Source of the DNA: Laetmonice hystrix
Taxonomy: Eukaryota
NCBI GenBank assembly: GCA_965235115.1
Contig: OZ249440.1
Span: 13,454,001-13,518,000 of the forward strand
Length of the DNA stretch: 64,000 nucleotides
Direction of reading: 5' to 3'
Part shown: piece by piece, positions 26,101 through 41,100 of the stretch
Position numbering within the stretch: position 1 is the stretch's first letter
How the letters are laid out: every line of letters starts with the position of its first letter
Made by a program: the position numbers and the translations under genes
Notes under the pieces: generated by a model
The model's input: only the letters and a program-made list of their open reading frames with translations
What the model was told of the DNA's origin: nothing
Database searches by the model: none

Positions 26101-29100
26101 AGGTTGAGACCAGACCAGCCTTTAGTGGATGTAGTTTGTGGTCAGACGTACGTCCTTGGGTGCAGGCTGAATGCAGTTTGTGGTCCCTGGGCGCAGGTTG
26201 AGACCAGACCTGTTTTCAGTGGATGCAGTTTGTGGTCCCTGGGTGCAGGTTCAGACCAGACCTGTTTTCAGTGGGTGCAGGTTGAGACCAGACCTGTTTT
26301 CACTGAATGCAGTTTGTGGTCAGACGTACGTCCTTGGGTGCAGGTTGAGACCAGACCAGTTTTCACTGAATGCAGTTTGTGGTCCCTGGGTACAGGTTGA
26401 GACCAGACCTGTTTTCAGTGGATGCAGCCTCAGACCAGACATGTTTCCGATGGAGGAGGTCAGTGGGCCCCTGGAGTAGGCCTAGAGATCCTCCGGTGTT
26501 GTGTCGGGCCTGGAGAGCTGCCAAACCCTGTCAGAGCAGGAGGCTGGGGTAGGTAGGGACCGCCCGTATCATCAGCTGTTGTTGTGTTGGCGCCAGCCCA
26601 GCATCCTCCCCATCCCGGCCAGATTATAATCTGACAGGAAAGAAGGGGTTACCAGGCCACCTAGAACTAAAAGCTTCGGTCCTCAAGGTCAGATAATAAT
26701 TTGCAAAATTCAGAAAAGGTCAACTGCGGTCAGGCATTTGGAGAGGATTATTAGAAGCCTGACCTGGTTGTTCTGTTGGGAACTCCATTAGTGGTTGACC
26801 CAGATACTGGCTGTGGGGTGGGAGCCAGTTACAACCGGTTGGGGTCTGGGTTGGACACTGGTGATATGTACAGCCTGTATACGTCGTGATCATAATGTTG
26901 CTGTCAAGGACATCGGGGAAGGTCAATGGTTCATTGAATGACGTTTTGGTAGAGGAGTTTTCACTTTCACGATACACAGCCAATCTCGCACCAGTTGGTC
27001 GATACCGACATCTCATTATACCTTGCAGTTGCCCCTAATTAATTTTTGCCTGTACTTTTGTAGTTTATCGGGTAATAATTAATATTAATTAAAGCCAATG
27101 AATGGGTTGTTGAAGTTGACCCAGGAGCGGATCTACTATTTTAGATTGTGAGGGAGGTACGGTACTTATAGCGATTGATATGACAACCAGTTTCCTATCA
27201 GTGTAGGAGGGACTCTGTGACAACATAAAAAACTGGAAGCAGTGAAACCCGCTGACGGTGAAATTAGAGATCTGTTGTACGAACGAGTAGACCAAATTAA
27301 ACTGAAACCTATACAAGTCGTATTTAATGAAATGGAATCTTGTTAAAACGCAGAGGGGCGCGGAGTAGTGTAAGACCACTAAATCGGTAATTTAATTGGA
27401 TGCGGGACTTGCAGTGTTGCATGATGATAGATTAGAGAAAGGCAGAATTGATTATCTTTATTTTGCTTTTATTTTACAATTAGATGATTGTACAAAGAAG
27501 CCAGTAAGTGTGCTGCCTTTTTGTTAGCGTTCCTTGTCTCGTGGAAGGATCTCTAGTTCCGTCTTTATTCACGCCCGTTTGCTAACTTCTAATCAACGAT
27601 GACGGATAATTGATATTACCGGGCGCAGTTCCAGTTCACTGACTGAGAATGGTCCCAAGTCCCAACACGTGGTGGTTTGTCAGAGGCGACGACTAGGGTA
27701 AGGGCTGGTGTGGTGAAGTCGTTGAGCATCGACTCCCCCCCCCCCCCATCCGCCACTGCTTGGTGTAAACCCTCGATCCTGGTAGTCGCTCCTTTCTCCG
27801 AATTTCACTACTATAGGACGAGAGGTGGAGAGGAAGGACATATTTTACCAGTGAGCAGTCTTGTTGACAGATCTATTATAGTATGACATGCAATGGGAGC
27901 CACCAGCACATAGAGAATGGAGCCCACGGGTGGAAAGAAAAAAAAACCTCCTCAAGAAAGGAGGGCGTGATACGTAAGTAGTAGGGGCCAGTACATTGCC
28001 CTGGCCTAAAGCACTCAGTACATTGCCCTGGCCTAAAGCACTCAGTACATTGCCCTGGCCTGAAGCACTCAGTACATTGCCCTGGCCTAAAGCACTCAGT
28101 ACATTGCCCTGGCCTAAAGCACTCAGTACATTGCCCTGGCCTGAAACACTCAGTACATTGCCCTGGCCTAAAGCACTCAGTACATCGCCCTGGCCTGAAG
28201 CACCCAGTACATTGCCCTGGCCTGAAGCACCCAGTACATTGCCCTGGCCTGAAGCACCCAGTACATTGCCCTGGCCTGAAGCACCCAGTACATTGCCCTG
28301 GCCTGAAGCACCCAGTACATTGCCCTGGCCTGAAGCACCCAGTACATTGCCCTGGCCTGAAGCACCCAGGGCATTGCCCTGGCCTGAAGCACTCAGGGCA
28401 TTGCCCTGGCCTGAAGCACCCAGTACATTGCCCTGGCCTGAAGCACCCAGTACATTGCCCTGGCCTGAAGCACCCAGTACATTGCCCTGGCCTGAAGCAC
28501 TCAGTACATTGCCTTGGCCTGAAGCACCCAGTGCATTGCCCTGGCCTGAAGCACTCAGGGCATTGCCCTGGCCTGAAGCTCCCATGCAGTGCGTGGCCCT
28601 GGTCTAAAGTACTCGTGGCCCTGGTCTAAAGTAACCGGTGCTTATATTGCCAGTTTCTACATGACCAAGGACCAGTAGGACTAGATGTGGGGCTTACACT
28701 GCCAAGAACCGGGATTGTCCTCAAAACAAAACGCCCATTACAGGCCGGTAGCAGCAAAAACACGCTCACTCCCCCCCCCCCCCCTAAAAAATTGTTTGTC
28801 CCATACCACTATAATAGCACAGACTGTATGCTACTCATGACTATGGATATCACTGTCAGCGGGAGACTGAAAGTAGATGGGTACAAAATATGAGGAGAAT
28901 GTCCTGGGTCAGTTGTTGCCAGTCTTGTGGAAGACATCACAATTAATGTCACAATATGTTAATCGTATTTTTCCATCAGTCAGAAATGACATTTTTGGCA
29001 TCGCCGTGCACATTACTCTCTGTACTTTTTTACAACTTATATCACATCGTCAATTTATCGTGATCATCATTCAAATTAGAAGTTCCCAGTTTTTTGTCTT

Positions 29101-32100
29101 TTCTCAGTGTATTATGTGACAGTCAAACCGGGCTGGATCAGGGCAAATCTGCAGTAGGCTACACGGCACGGATGTGGTAAGGGGGTTTAAAAATTATTTC
29201 TTTTTAACCTGATGCGTTTTGTGAGCAATGTTTATTTATGCTGCAAGAGTCATATTTCCCGGAAAGAGTAGGTTAAAATGAACCGTAAAGTTGAAAAACG
29301 AGAAGAATGTTTGAACGGGTAACATCCTATAGACAGCTCCCGTCCTGTGCGGGGATATTTGACCCGATCCTTCGCCTCGCCTGATAGTAAGATCTAATGG
29401 ATGTTCCGACTTGTCCTCACAGATATCTGGCTGTGAATTGGTTGCCATGGAATCAGAACAGCGTGACAAACGTCAGTATTCAAAGCAATATTTGGAGAGG
29501 CGTTCCTTAACGAAAAACTTGCCAAAATGAGCGACTATTGTTTGTGGTGAGGGAGGGTGAATTCACAGAATGATAGATGGGGCACGAGCAAGGCGGACCT
29601 TACAGTTACAACAGAATCTGATTGACAACCGCCCAGAGGTGACCTTGACTGCGTGAGTGTAGGGGTGTGTGTGTGTGTGGATGGGGAAGCGAGCGTCGAG
29701 GCAGGGTCGGTTGTCAAGGCAACGGGAACAGAACTGGCAGTCATGGCAACAACGGAGGAAGTCAGGAAATGTTTTGATTTGGAAGAGGAGAGCCTAGATA
29801 TCGCTTGATGCTAGGTGGGCAGTGATTGGGTAAAGATAGCAAAACTGGGGGCTGGATCGAACGAGATGTGCAGGTCTCTAGAGCAAGTAAAAAGGGGGTT
29901 GGGTTCAAGGGCATAGTTCTGGCAGGTGCCTGGCGAGAAATGGGTCAATAATATCAATACACCAGTTGGGGGTGTGTGTTGTGGGCCCGTACATCCGGGG
30001 CAGGGTGAATGGAGGGCGGGCCAGACGGCTCAGAGGTGTCACTGAGCGGGAAAACCACGATGGTGGTATACTGTCAGCCCTGGCAAACGCCCCTATACTG
30101 AGCTTTACCAGAAAAAACCTGGTTCACGAGCAAGGATTATGGTGTATGTGCGGGTACACATGTGAAAGTGTGTTGAAAGACTGTGATCGATACCAAGGAG
30201 GCTCTCTTTCATCTAATGCTCGTATAGTTACCAACCTGTGAACCCCCAAGAATCTTGAACAATAATCACCGAGCCATATATTGGTATTTTCTTGTCATAC
30301 CGAATACAATATTTCTTTCAATGTAAGCAGACATTGCGGAATCTTCCGTATGACCTACAGATGTTTGGGAACACTGGCATTACCATGGTTTCCAGTGTTA
30401 CACGGGCGTGAATGATTCGACGTGCTGGCTGCTGTGGTACTGAAAGTGGTCAGTAGATGGCGTTAGGGTGAGTGACCTCCATCACTCATCCCATGACCTG
30501 TGCCAGGCTCCCATTGACGCTATGAAAGGGAGGATTTAGAAAATACACATGTATGTGTTTGTACATGAAACAGTGCCAAAATCAGCCCTACGTGTGCCAT
30601 ACTGAGATACGCTACAACATGTACATAAGGAAACCAATGTATTGATGTTGCAGCGGCATATACCGTTAAGTATGCCCTTATCTTGAGCAATAATGGTGAA
30701 AAAATAGAGATTTACTTCCGTCTGCCAAATCGGTTCCTTTCCGTTGCCATTTTACGAGAGTAAATAGACGTAATACTAATAGGAAGAAAATAATGGCGGG
30801 GGAGGTGGTACTAATACTTTGCCGTGTTTCGGTGGCCGATGTGTTTGACTGATGAGGTGTGACACCTGCCGCTGCTGTAATACATCCACACTGACCTTGA
30901 TGTTGTTTGACCTTGAGACGGGTATCTGTCTTGTGATTGAATGGTTCCAGTTACCAGCTGGCTCTTGATGACAATGTCAAGAGGTGTGCCTCAGCGCGGC
31001 CTCAAGGAGGACGGCAGGTTAAGTGGCTTTATATGTTTTGAAGTGCTCAGGTTTTGTAGTGGCTTTAGATCATTACAGCTAGAGCCTCGATCTACTTTAT
31101 AATGTTTTGGGGGATATACACGAGTGTTTAAAGGTGTATTGCACCATTATGTTGAAAATATCATCTGCTGTTTCCCATCCACTTAGAAAAAAGATAAGGC
31201 CCTCTAAAGTACTTAATCCAGGTTTGTTTGTTTGTTGTTTGTTTTTCTCAGATGCAAATTTATGTGAACCACTGTGGGCGTGGTGGGGGTTTTTGCCCCC
31301 CCCCCCGCCCACAGTGCATGTCCAGGCATGAGGGGAAGACCCCCCCCCCCCCCCCACGAGTTTTGAAGGTCTGGCGGCCATTCTCTGAATCAGTGAATGA
31401 AACAGTCATACGCTGATGTCGTTTCCCTTGTGAATGGTAGTATTACGGGTACGGAGACAATATCTCCCAGCAATCTCCAAAGCCATGGTGAAGAGTATGC
31501 TGCCAGATGGTAGCGGCTTTGTGTGTGTTCGGGGAATGGGGGATCTGCACAGCCTCACCAGCAGCACGGCTCTGTGGAATGCTGGGGTAGTGGTGCTGGC
31601 ATCCACCCGGTGGTGGTGCGGCGCCAACCCCGGTGGTGGCCTAGTGGTGGTTCCAAGTTAACGAGAGCCATTGTAAAGGGTTGGCGGTGGGTGGTGTTAG
31701 ACCGGGCAGGGTTGACCCCCTGGGGAGTTGGGGAGGGGGTGCTCTAACTCGCGCACTACCCGGCCCTGTGCCCAACACGGCTTCACTCAGTGCAACAACT
31801 CCCCCGCTGCAGATTCCCAGGCTTTTATTTCATTAGGCCAGATTTATCAAGAAATGTCATTGGTTGGCTAGATGAACAACAGTCTGTTAGATGTCCTCTG
31901 CCTCAAAAGTAAAGAAGAAGAATAAAAGAGAAAACCAGACGCACGCGTCACATTCATATCCCTGTGGCGTGTGATTTAATTTCTATCCAAATATGTGCGT
32001 CAGCTGCGAGCAGACGAAGCTACGGTACGTTCTAAACTTCAATTCTATAAGAGGGCAAGGGCTGTGGGAACTGGCTTTCTAGGAAACTAATTAAGGCCCT

Positions 32101-35100
32101 TGGAGTTGCTTCTCAAGGAACCAAGGTCAAATGAAGAGAATTCCAGACCCTGGGAGTTGGTTGTCAAGAGGAAGTTGTGGAAGTTTTTTTTAAAGAAAAC
32201 ATGATCCTTGGATTTGTTTACCGAGGCCGACCACTTTCGCTCGAATTCAAGGGGCACCATTGCCAAGGGAGCTACAAAGGGTCTTGGGGATAGTCGCTTT
32301 AAAGAAAGTATATACATATCACAAATCTAGTGGCAAGTATACTGAAAATGTACACATTGCTTGACAGTTTGTTGATACAATTACATTTTTATATTTTTAT
32401 TTTTACAAACAGTCATTTTTCAGCACAGATCTAACAATTGTAATATAACTATTGTTGGAAACAGTCAGGTTTTGGAAGTATAGATCTGTTTTGACTTTCA
32501 GGATGCTCGGAGTATGTTCCAGGTCAGTTACAGTGCCATCATGCCATGATGGCTTACCATAATGTAGATCTCTATAAGAGTCTGAGGTCCACCTGACCGG
32601 CGGGCGTCAGAACTGGCCACCAAGACGTGTATGAGGCGCCAAAAACTGCAGAACGTCAGAATACGGAGGGCAGAGTGTGCAATCAGAGTTTAACAGTATC
32701 ATTGACGATATAGCTACAGTATCCATTGACAGTTGACTGAGCCAGATATTGACAGTATCATTGGCCGCATAGCCAGATATTGACAGTATCATTGAGAGTT
32801 GAGTCAGATGTTTACAGTGTCATTGACAGTGGAGCCAAATGTTTACAGTGTCATTGACAGTGGAGCCAGATGTTTACAGTGTCATTGACAGTGGAGCCAG
32901 ATGTTTACAGCATACAGCTCCATTTTCAAATGTCATTTTGGCGCCTTATATACTTTCCCTAGCAGTTAGTGATTTGTACTGGTCAAGTTGAGACACCTAG
33001 ATATTTCACTGCTTGCCCTCTCAGACAGCTTGCATGGACACAGTAGGGAGATATTAGGTAGAGTAGAGATATTAGGGGAATTTTATGGCAAAAATATGCA
33101 CTGAACCACCACCCCACCCCCACCCCCAGCACATTTTTCTCTGAAATTTAACCCCAGGTTCTCACTGCCTCCCGGTTGAACACACCCCTAAGGCCATCTG
33201 ATATTGCGTATCAGGGTATGGTAAGTTAACTCGGGGTATACCCGGGTATTACCCCGGAGGACCGGTTCAGTGAGAACCCGAGGTTCGTTAGTTAGTTCTC
33301 TGCACAATGAGATCATAGATTTCTTTCTCCCCATGCCGACCCGATGTTCGCCGACGTGGCGCACACACTGCAACGTCAGAGTTTGTGACTGGCGTGTCGG
33401 TGGGAGTCGGAGCAGTGCCACTCACAACGGGCAGATGTAGAACGGGTCCACGATGGACTTGGGAGCGCTAGGACGTGGGAGAACATTTCGGGTTCGGTGG
33501 CGCCTGGCCTAATTACCCTGGCGCCTGGGATAATTAGAGATATCCCGGCACGTAGTAGAACGGCACTGCCACCAATCTAGTATCGCTGCTTGATGGCTTC
33601 AGTCTTATTACACGTCCGTTTCGTATCGTTCTCATTTCCTTGATGGCGGACATTTCTCTTTTTATCTGCCTGCTCATCGCTTCCTATTTTCAACTGCTCG
33701 TTTTTATTCCGTTTTGGTCCAATTTCTTTCTTCCTTCTTTCTTTACCAAACGGACGGAAAGGTAAGAATACCAAAAAACTGCTTTCTAATGTCAGCAGGC
33801 ACACGTTCAGTCTGATTGTAGTACCCTGGACGCTGCCAGATATTGCCGAGTTAGTAAACACCCACTGATCACTTAGTGACCATTCATCCCACTGATGGAG
33901 TGACCACTCAGTGCCCACCTGCTGACCACTCTAGACGACCCAGGCCGGACCTTGTCAGGCCGTCTGACCAATCCATGTTGTCCTAACACTCAGATCTAGT
34001 GAGTCTGGGACAAATATGTGGAGATACTTTTCCCAACTCCTAGCTCAACCTTCTCTGCCAGCTTCCACCTCCCTGACTTTGGTATTGTCTATGCAGGCCA
34101 CGCTGGTTGAGCAGGACCCGAGAGTAGTATGGTACTTGTATTGATTTACTGTAAGAGGACTTGGCCGTTAACACTGGCCACTATGTGAAGCCTATCTTAT
34201 ATAAATACAAGCCATGACCGTAAGTAGTATATAAAGGTGACCGTAAGTAGTATATAAAGGTGGGAGTCAAGGAGCATCCACGTCAAGTGGTAATTCATGT
34301 CGCCAGGTTTTAGGTTAGCGTCCAGTCTGGCCGAATGACAGAGGACAAGGTCATCGGATATGGTTGCGATTGACTAATTAAATATTCATATAATATGAGT
34401 AAAATGTTATCGTGTACATATCGTTTGGTTTGACATTTTAATGAGAAATCAAGGCTACAATGTCATGTTTCAAGTGCGTTGTTGTTCAAAAGAAGTAGAT
34501 CACAGAGGAGTCATAAGTTTTAAACGTCTCAATTGTGTTTTAAATTGTAGAATGGTATATGTTTAATTTGAGTTGGTCCAGTCTGTCTGTCTGGACCGTA
34601 TGTCTGTCTTTCTGTCTCTGTGTGTGTTTCTCTCTCCCTCTCTCCCTCTCTCTGTCTCTCTCAGTAACTCAGGTAAAATAGCACCACTTTTGCATCGAGT
34701 CTGACGCTAAACATTTTGAAAGGCCGAATCGTAATGCCAACATTGGCTTGCTGCGAGTGGCCGTTGAGTCAGTGACAGCCAACCTGACGTGAAGTCCGTA
34801 GAGTGACGACGTTTTGTGACCGCCATGTACGGACCAGTGCCCGTGTCCGGCACATTGTGTTCTGCACGTACAGGCTGACTTCTATACCACTCACGGCACG
34901 GACAGGTTCTGGGTACGGGCCGAGTGTTTGATCGGTTCCACTGACTGGGCTGGAGTCCGGCCAGGGTTGGTAGTGAACGGGTAGAGAATGGGGCCAGTGG
35001 TGGGCGGGGGACTGAATGCGGTCAGTGGTAGATGTGGACTCGTGGAATGCGGTTATTGGTTGGAGTTGGATAATGTTGGAGGTTTTAATTGCAATCAGGC

Positions 35101-38100
35101 TGATGTCAGAGATGCTGAAGTCGGTCAGAGGTTATTGGAGGTCATGAATGTGGTCAGGATTTACTTCTAAGTTCTAAACACCCATCACTGGAAGGTCAAT
35201 AATGAAGCATTTCGAGTGAATGTTTGATTTATAATCGATAAAAAATGACAAATAATCGATACAAGCTCAAACCACTCAATCAAGCCCACTCAGCCTCTCC
35301 TAAGTTAACTCACCCACTTAGATCCATTCAAACCCACTTAGATACACTCAAACCCACTTAGATCCACTCAAACACACTTAGATCCACTCAAACACACTTA
35401 GATCCACTCAAACACACTTAGATCCACTCAAACACACTTAGATCTATTCAAACACACTTAGATCCACTCAAACACACTTAGATCTATTCAAACACACTTA
35501 GATCCACTCAAACACACTTAGATACACTCACTCAAACACACTTAGATACACTCAAACCCACTTAGATCCACTCAAACACACTTAGATCCACTCAAACACA
35601 CTTAGATCCACTCAAACACACTTAGATCCTCCCACTTGGACCCAGCTCCACCCAAACCCTGGCCCAGCCAGACCGGACCAGACTGGGTCTAGGCCGTGTA
35701 ATCTATCATTCATGGCTCCCTGCTCCAGGCCATGGACGTGCCTCACTGAGCTGCTCTCCTTGATTAGAAAATTGTAACGTATTGCCTACGATCGACTGAT
35801 GGAAACCCAAGGTTTCATGGCAGGAAACTGCACCAGTTGAAGGGTGTCGGCAGAAATTGACAAATTAGAGTTTGCTTTGTGTTAAAATGACGTGACGTGC
35901 GTGCTGCCATTTCTTGAGAGCGTTCGTGGCTTGATTCATGCTTAAATAAACAATCCCAATCGGAAAGTGTAATTGAATCGGAGACAGGTAATACATCTTT
36001 AAACAGTCTGGCTGACTAATGTCGGGCCGCCAGGGCAGTGAAGTAAGGCAAAGTTTCCGTAATATGATTAGGAAAAACCTGGAAGGTGTTGAGCTGTAAT
36101 GGGTGGAGGGTTTAGGGGTAGTCGTTCCTGGCCTGGCTGGAAGTGTGGTACCGAGAAGTGGTAGTATACTTCGGGCGAGTCGTCGAGGTGGCAATCTATG
36201 TCAGCAATTGGGGATCTCGGTTCTGGTTTTCTTAAATCATCTTTATTTGCGCTTTATTCACCATTTGATGACCTAGGCAGGCGTTGTCTAATTCACCATT
36301 TGATAACCTCGGCAGGCGTTGTCTAATTCACCATTGATGAGCTCGGCAGGCGTTGTCTAATTCACCATTGATGAGCTCGGCAGGCGTTGTCTAATTCACC
36401 ATTGATGACCTCGGCAGGCGTTGTCTAATTCACCATTTGGTGACCTCGGCAGGCGTTGTCTAATTCACCATTTGATGACCTCGGCAGGCGTTGTCTAATT
36501 CACCATTTGATGACCTCGGCAGGGGTTGTCTAATTCACCATTTGATGACCTCGGCTGGCGTTGTCTAATTCACCATTTAGTGACCTCGGCAGGCGTTGTC
36601 TAATTCACCATTTGTCTAATTTGATGACCTCGGCAGGCGTTGTCTAATTCACCATTTGATGACCTCGACTGGCGTTGTCTAATTCACCATTTGATGACCT
36701 CGGCAGGCGTTGTCTAATTCACCATTTGATGACCTTGGCAGGCGTTGTCTAATTCACCATTTGATGACCTCGGCAGGCGTTGTCTAATTCACCATTTGGT
36801 GACCTCGGCAGGCGTTGTCTAATTCACCATTTGGTGACCTCGGCTGGCGTTGTCTAATTCACCATTTGATGACCTCGGCAGGCGTTGTCTAATTCACCAT
36901 TTGATGACCCTGGCAGGGGTTGTCTAATTCACCATTTGATGACCTCGGCAGGCGTTGTCTAATTCACCATTTGATGACCTTGGCAGGCACCCAGCACCTG
37001 TTAAACATCAGTCATATCCCATGTCGCAAAGAGTCGGCAGTTGGAGGGAATCCTGGTTACAAAATCCTATATATGTCACAGAAGGGAAAGAGGATATTGG
37101 CTCGAGTTGATGACTGATCCCTCTCCGCAGAACTGGAACGGCTTGGTTCGTCAGACCCCCTGCACCTCGTCACTCCCCCCTTCAATCCCTGCTTCCCCGT
37201 CAGTCCCTACCCCCCGTCAGTCCCTGCTCCCCCCCGTCAATCCCTGCTTCCCCGTCAGTCCCTGCCCCCCCGTCAGTCCCTGCTCCCCCCCGTCAATCCC
37301 TGCTCCCCCGTCAGTCCCTACCCCCCGTCAGTCCCTGCTCCCCCCGTCAATCCCTCCCCCCGTCAATCCCTCCCCCCGTCAATCCCTGCTCCCCCGTCAG
37401 TCCCTACCCCCCGTCAGTCCCTGTTCCCCCGTCAATCCCTGCTCCCCCGTCAGTCCCTGCCCCCGTCAGTCCCTGCTCCCCCCGTCAATCCCTGCTCCCC
37501 CGTCAGTCCCTGCCCCCGTCAGTCCCTGCTCCCCCCCGTCAATCCCTGCTCCCCCGTCAGTCCCTGCCCCCGTCAGTCCCTGCCCCTCATCAGTCCCTGC
37601 TCCCCCCAGTCAGTCCCTGCCCCCCGTCAATCCCTGCTCCCCCGTCAGTCCCTACCCCCGTCAGTCCCTGCCCCCCGTCAGTCCCTGTCCCCCGTCAGTC
37701 CCTACCCCCCGTCAGTCTCTGCCCCCCGTCAGTCCCTGCCCCCCATCAGTCCCTGCTCCCTCCGTCAATCCCTCCCCCCGTCAGTCCCTGCTCCCCCATC
37801 AGTCCCTGCTCCCTCCGTCAGTCCCTGCCCCCGTCAGTCCCTGCCCCCCGTCAATCCCTGCTCCCCCGTCAGTCCCTGCTCCCCCGTCAGTCCCTGCCCC
37901 CCGTCAGTCCCTCCTCCCTTGTCAGTCCCTGCTCCCCCGTCAGTCCCTGCTCCCCCCGTCAGTCCCTGCTCCCCCCGTCAGTCCCTGCCCCCGTCAGTCC
38001 CTTCCCCCCGTCAGTCCCTGCTCCCTGTCAGTCTTTGCCCCCCGTCAGTCCCTGCCCCCTGTCAGTCCCCCCCCGTCAGTCCCTGCTCCTCCACGTTTCC

Positions 38101-41100
38101 TCCAGCGACCGTGAGCCGTCAGTAGCCCAGGAAGCCAGCCCCTCCTGATAACTCTGTGTGAGCAGGTAGCCGGAAGCCATCTATGGTCACCTTGAGGTGG
38201 TTCATGCAATATCAAGGTCATATAGAACCCTTTCATCCAGCCACCCTACATCCGGGAGATTTCAAGGAGGTCTGCCGGCGGTGGTGGTGTGTGGTTGGGT
38301 GGGGTCATTAAATGGGTGGGGGTGGGGTATAATCTTGGAGGGTGTGGTCTGAACACAGACTGTCAACCACTCCAGTAGGTGCCATTGATCGGACATGGCG
38401 AGTCGGGGAATGCACTGGACAGGGGTCTCCCGGCCGGCTGACTGTCTCGACGAATGGATTGTTGTGTCGATGACCGGTTTTATTCAGTGCAGGGTTGGCG
38501 CAGTGCTGTCGCATTGATCCATACCTAGCCAGCTGACAGCTGACTGTACAGGGTTCTCCCTAGCTGCGACATCTGATCAAGAAGATACAATTAAGGCAAA
38601 GGAGGCCAAACCTGACCTATAGGCAGACCATATTCATTAAAGTAGACCAGGGCAGATCAAATTAGTCCCAGGCACACCGCATCCAAATAGATCAGGGCAG
38701 ACCTAGGCAACCCACATTCCGGACAGGGAGATGACTTAGCCCAGATCCCGGCAGACCACCGCCATGATCACCAAACCTCGGCAGGACACATTCAGCGAGA
38801 GCAAACCCAGGCAGATCGTATACAAGCAGACTCGGGCAGTCCAGTGCAGATTTAACAGCAGCTATTATATTCCTATACAGGCATAGGACCGTATAGATCG
38901 TACATACATGTATTATATTATTATATTATACATGTCTACTGTGTCCAACAATGGAACTGATCCAATATCGACATTTGGCCGTCACTGGCCGGCTTCGTGG
39001 ATCCATGCAAATTACAACCCTGTTTTAAGGGCCTGGCCACAGAGTCTATAAGATTTCATACTCTCTGGCCTGTTGTACGTAAACCGCCTTTGTGAACCGG
39101 ACTCACACTGTCGTACAATAAGGACACTGGCCACCATCAGACGGAGCAGGGTAGCAGCTGTCTCCATGGTAACCGTAATTACGTCTGAGCAGCAGCAGCA
39201 GCAGGCGGTACGGGGGGGGGGAGGGTTCAGTTGTAAGTCGTATCGTTGGGTGTATTCACTGACAGTGCCATCCCATTATGTCGGGTTTTACAGTTAACCG
39301 TCGGGAACCCCCACCGTCCATCACCGCCCGGCCGAGCTGGAGTGACGTTAATGACGATTAATCTCATCAAAAACTACCCCTGTCATCACTCAGAAAACGT
39401 ATATGTATGAAACATGACATGCTGTCAGGAAACCTCCCGCTATCCATTCTTGTCAGCGTGGATTCTCAGTGTAAATTTATGTAAACGGCGTGTGTCACAT
39501 ATACGTGAAAGCCATGTATGTCAATTTATTAGACTTTCTCAGTATTCCATCTCTCTGTAAAAATCTTTTTATCATTTTAAAGGTTCGAACCTACTCTGTA
39601 GTATTTGTTAGGCCTGTATAGACCAATCCTGGATGTTTTGGGATCGGAAGAAAGCTTAAATCTAGGTATGGAACGGTCAATTTATCTGTTACCTTGAAAC
39701 AACAGCTCAATCGGTCAGCGGTATAAACAAGGTCACGTTGCGTTTCCCGAAGTGTACTTCATCTTTGGTGCTGCATTTTATGTTATAAGTGGGAGCTTGG
39801 CGCCAAGTGCTAAACTCAATCTTTTATTAATGTATTTACAATATTTGCAAGCCGGAGCAATTTTACATTGACAGGTAGAAGGGGGAGTTTCAATGTTTAC
39901 TGATATATATGGGGTAGAATTTGGGACATATCTTGACCTCTCAGATGAAAGGTTTGAGGTGAGGATCTCCCCCCGATTCCGCACCTCGAATATTGATTTC
40001 AGTGTCCCTTTCAGCAAACGGATTATGCTACATCCTGACTGTGGAGCTCTGAACGAGGGTTAACCCCAGTAATGGCAGTCCGACATGCTATCTGTATCCT
40101 TGTGCTATTGTGTGCCCGGCCCACGCCCCGAGCAGGGCGCAGGGCGCGGGGTACTGATTAATCTAGGGACCTGACGGGTGCCACACTGGCTGTGATGATG
40201 AGCCCTTCTCACAACATCCACCGACCCGCTGCTGGTGGCGTTATTCTTCAACCTCTGTTGGTTCAACAAAAAGTACCCTGTAAAATTCGAATTGAGTTCA
40301 TCGTTTGGGTGCTTTGTGCAAAGGATGTTTTTGGTGTAAAGTCCCTAGTAACATTCTGTCATGTGTGCAGGAACCTCCATAAAACGCTTACATCCCCAAG
40401 CGCCGCCTCTGATGTACGTATGTAGCACCATTTTGCAGAAAGTGGTGCGCTATTGGAAACGTTCAAAGGCCATGATTTATTGAACGCTGCCTGGGTCCGT
40501 ATCAAGTGGGGCAGTGAGAGCGTGTGGCAGCCCTCTGGCAGGTGTCTGAAGATCGTGCAATGATTACACGAACCACTCCAAGAACGAATATTTAGATACT
40601 ACACGAACGACTCCAAGAACAAATGTGACCCTCCACCACAAAACCAGGCATAAGTCGCAAATTTATTTATAGCAGCTTAATGTAGAGATTCTGGCCTTTC
40701 TGATGGGGTAAAAATTGTGTATCTCCGTTGAATATAACTCAAGTTACAGCCATTTGTTTCCATGACAAAAAAAAACAATTAAAATTAATTAAAATAAAAA
40801 ATAAATAAAAAAATGAACCTTTAACAAATGGCTAATTAAACATTTTTCGACTCGATAATAACGGACTTCGTACCGGATACGGGGCATGGACATGGACACA
40901 ACCAACGCCACCACACAAAATATATGAAATAAAATAAATAAATAATTATAGAATAACACTGTAGACAAGCCTCGGGCCACAGACTGCGATAATAGCGGAC
41001 TTCATACCGGGTATGGGGGATGGACATAGACACAACCAACGCCACCACACAAAATCGGACTAGATCGGACTCATTGATATAACGTTTTCTATTGATTAAT

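Noticed and set aside
26720-27016. Possible Penelope-like reverse-transcriptase remnant (LTFPDVLD..TT)
   Set aside because: The resemblance is too weak to support without a search.
27845-28607. 246/203-aa repeat proteins (ASGQGNVLG, STLPWPEAP)
   Set aside because: They coincide exactly with the 27-bp minisatellite, with no splice or promoter support.
33232-33256. Near-perfect palindrome cggggtatacccgggtattaccccg
   Set aside because: An isolated 25-bp dyad with no associated termini or other context.
34988-35170. LINE endonuclease fragment (VGGFN resembling VGDFN)
   Set aside because: Only one degenerate motif, with no adjoining RT or endonuclease sequence.
37041-38114. 357-aa proline-rich extensin-like ORF
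   Set aside because: Generated by the C-rich 15-18 bp minisatellite.
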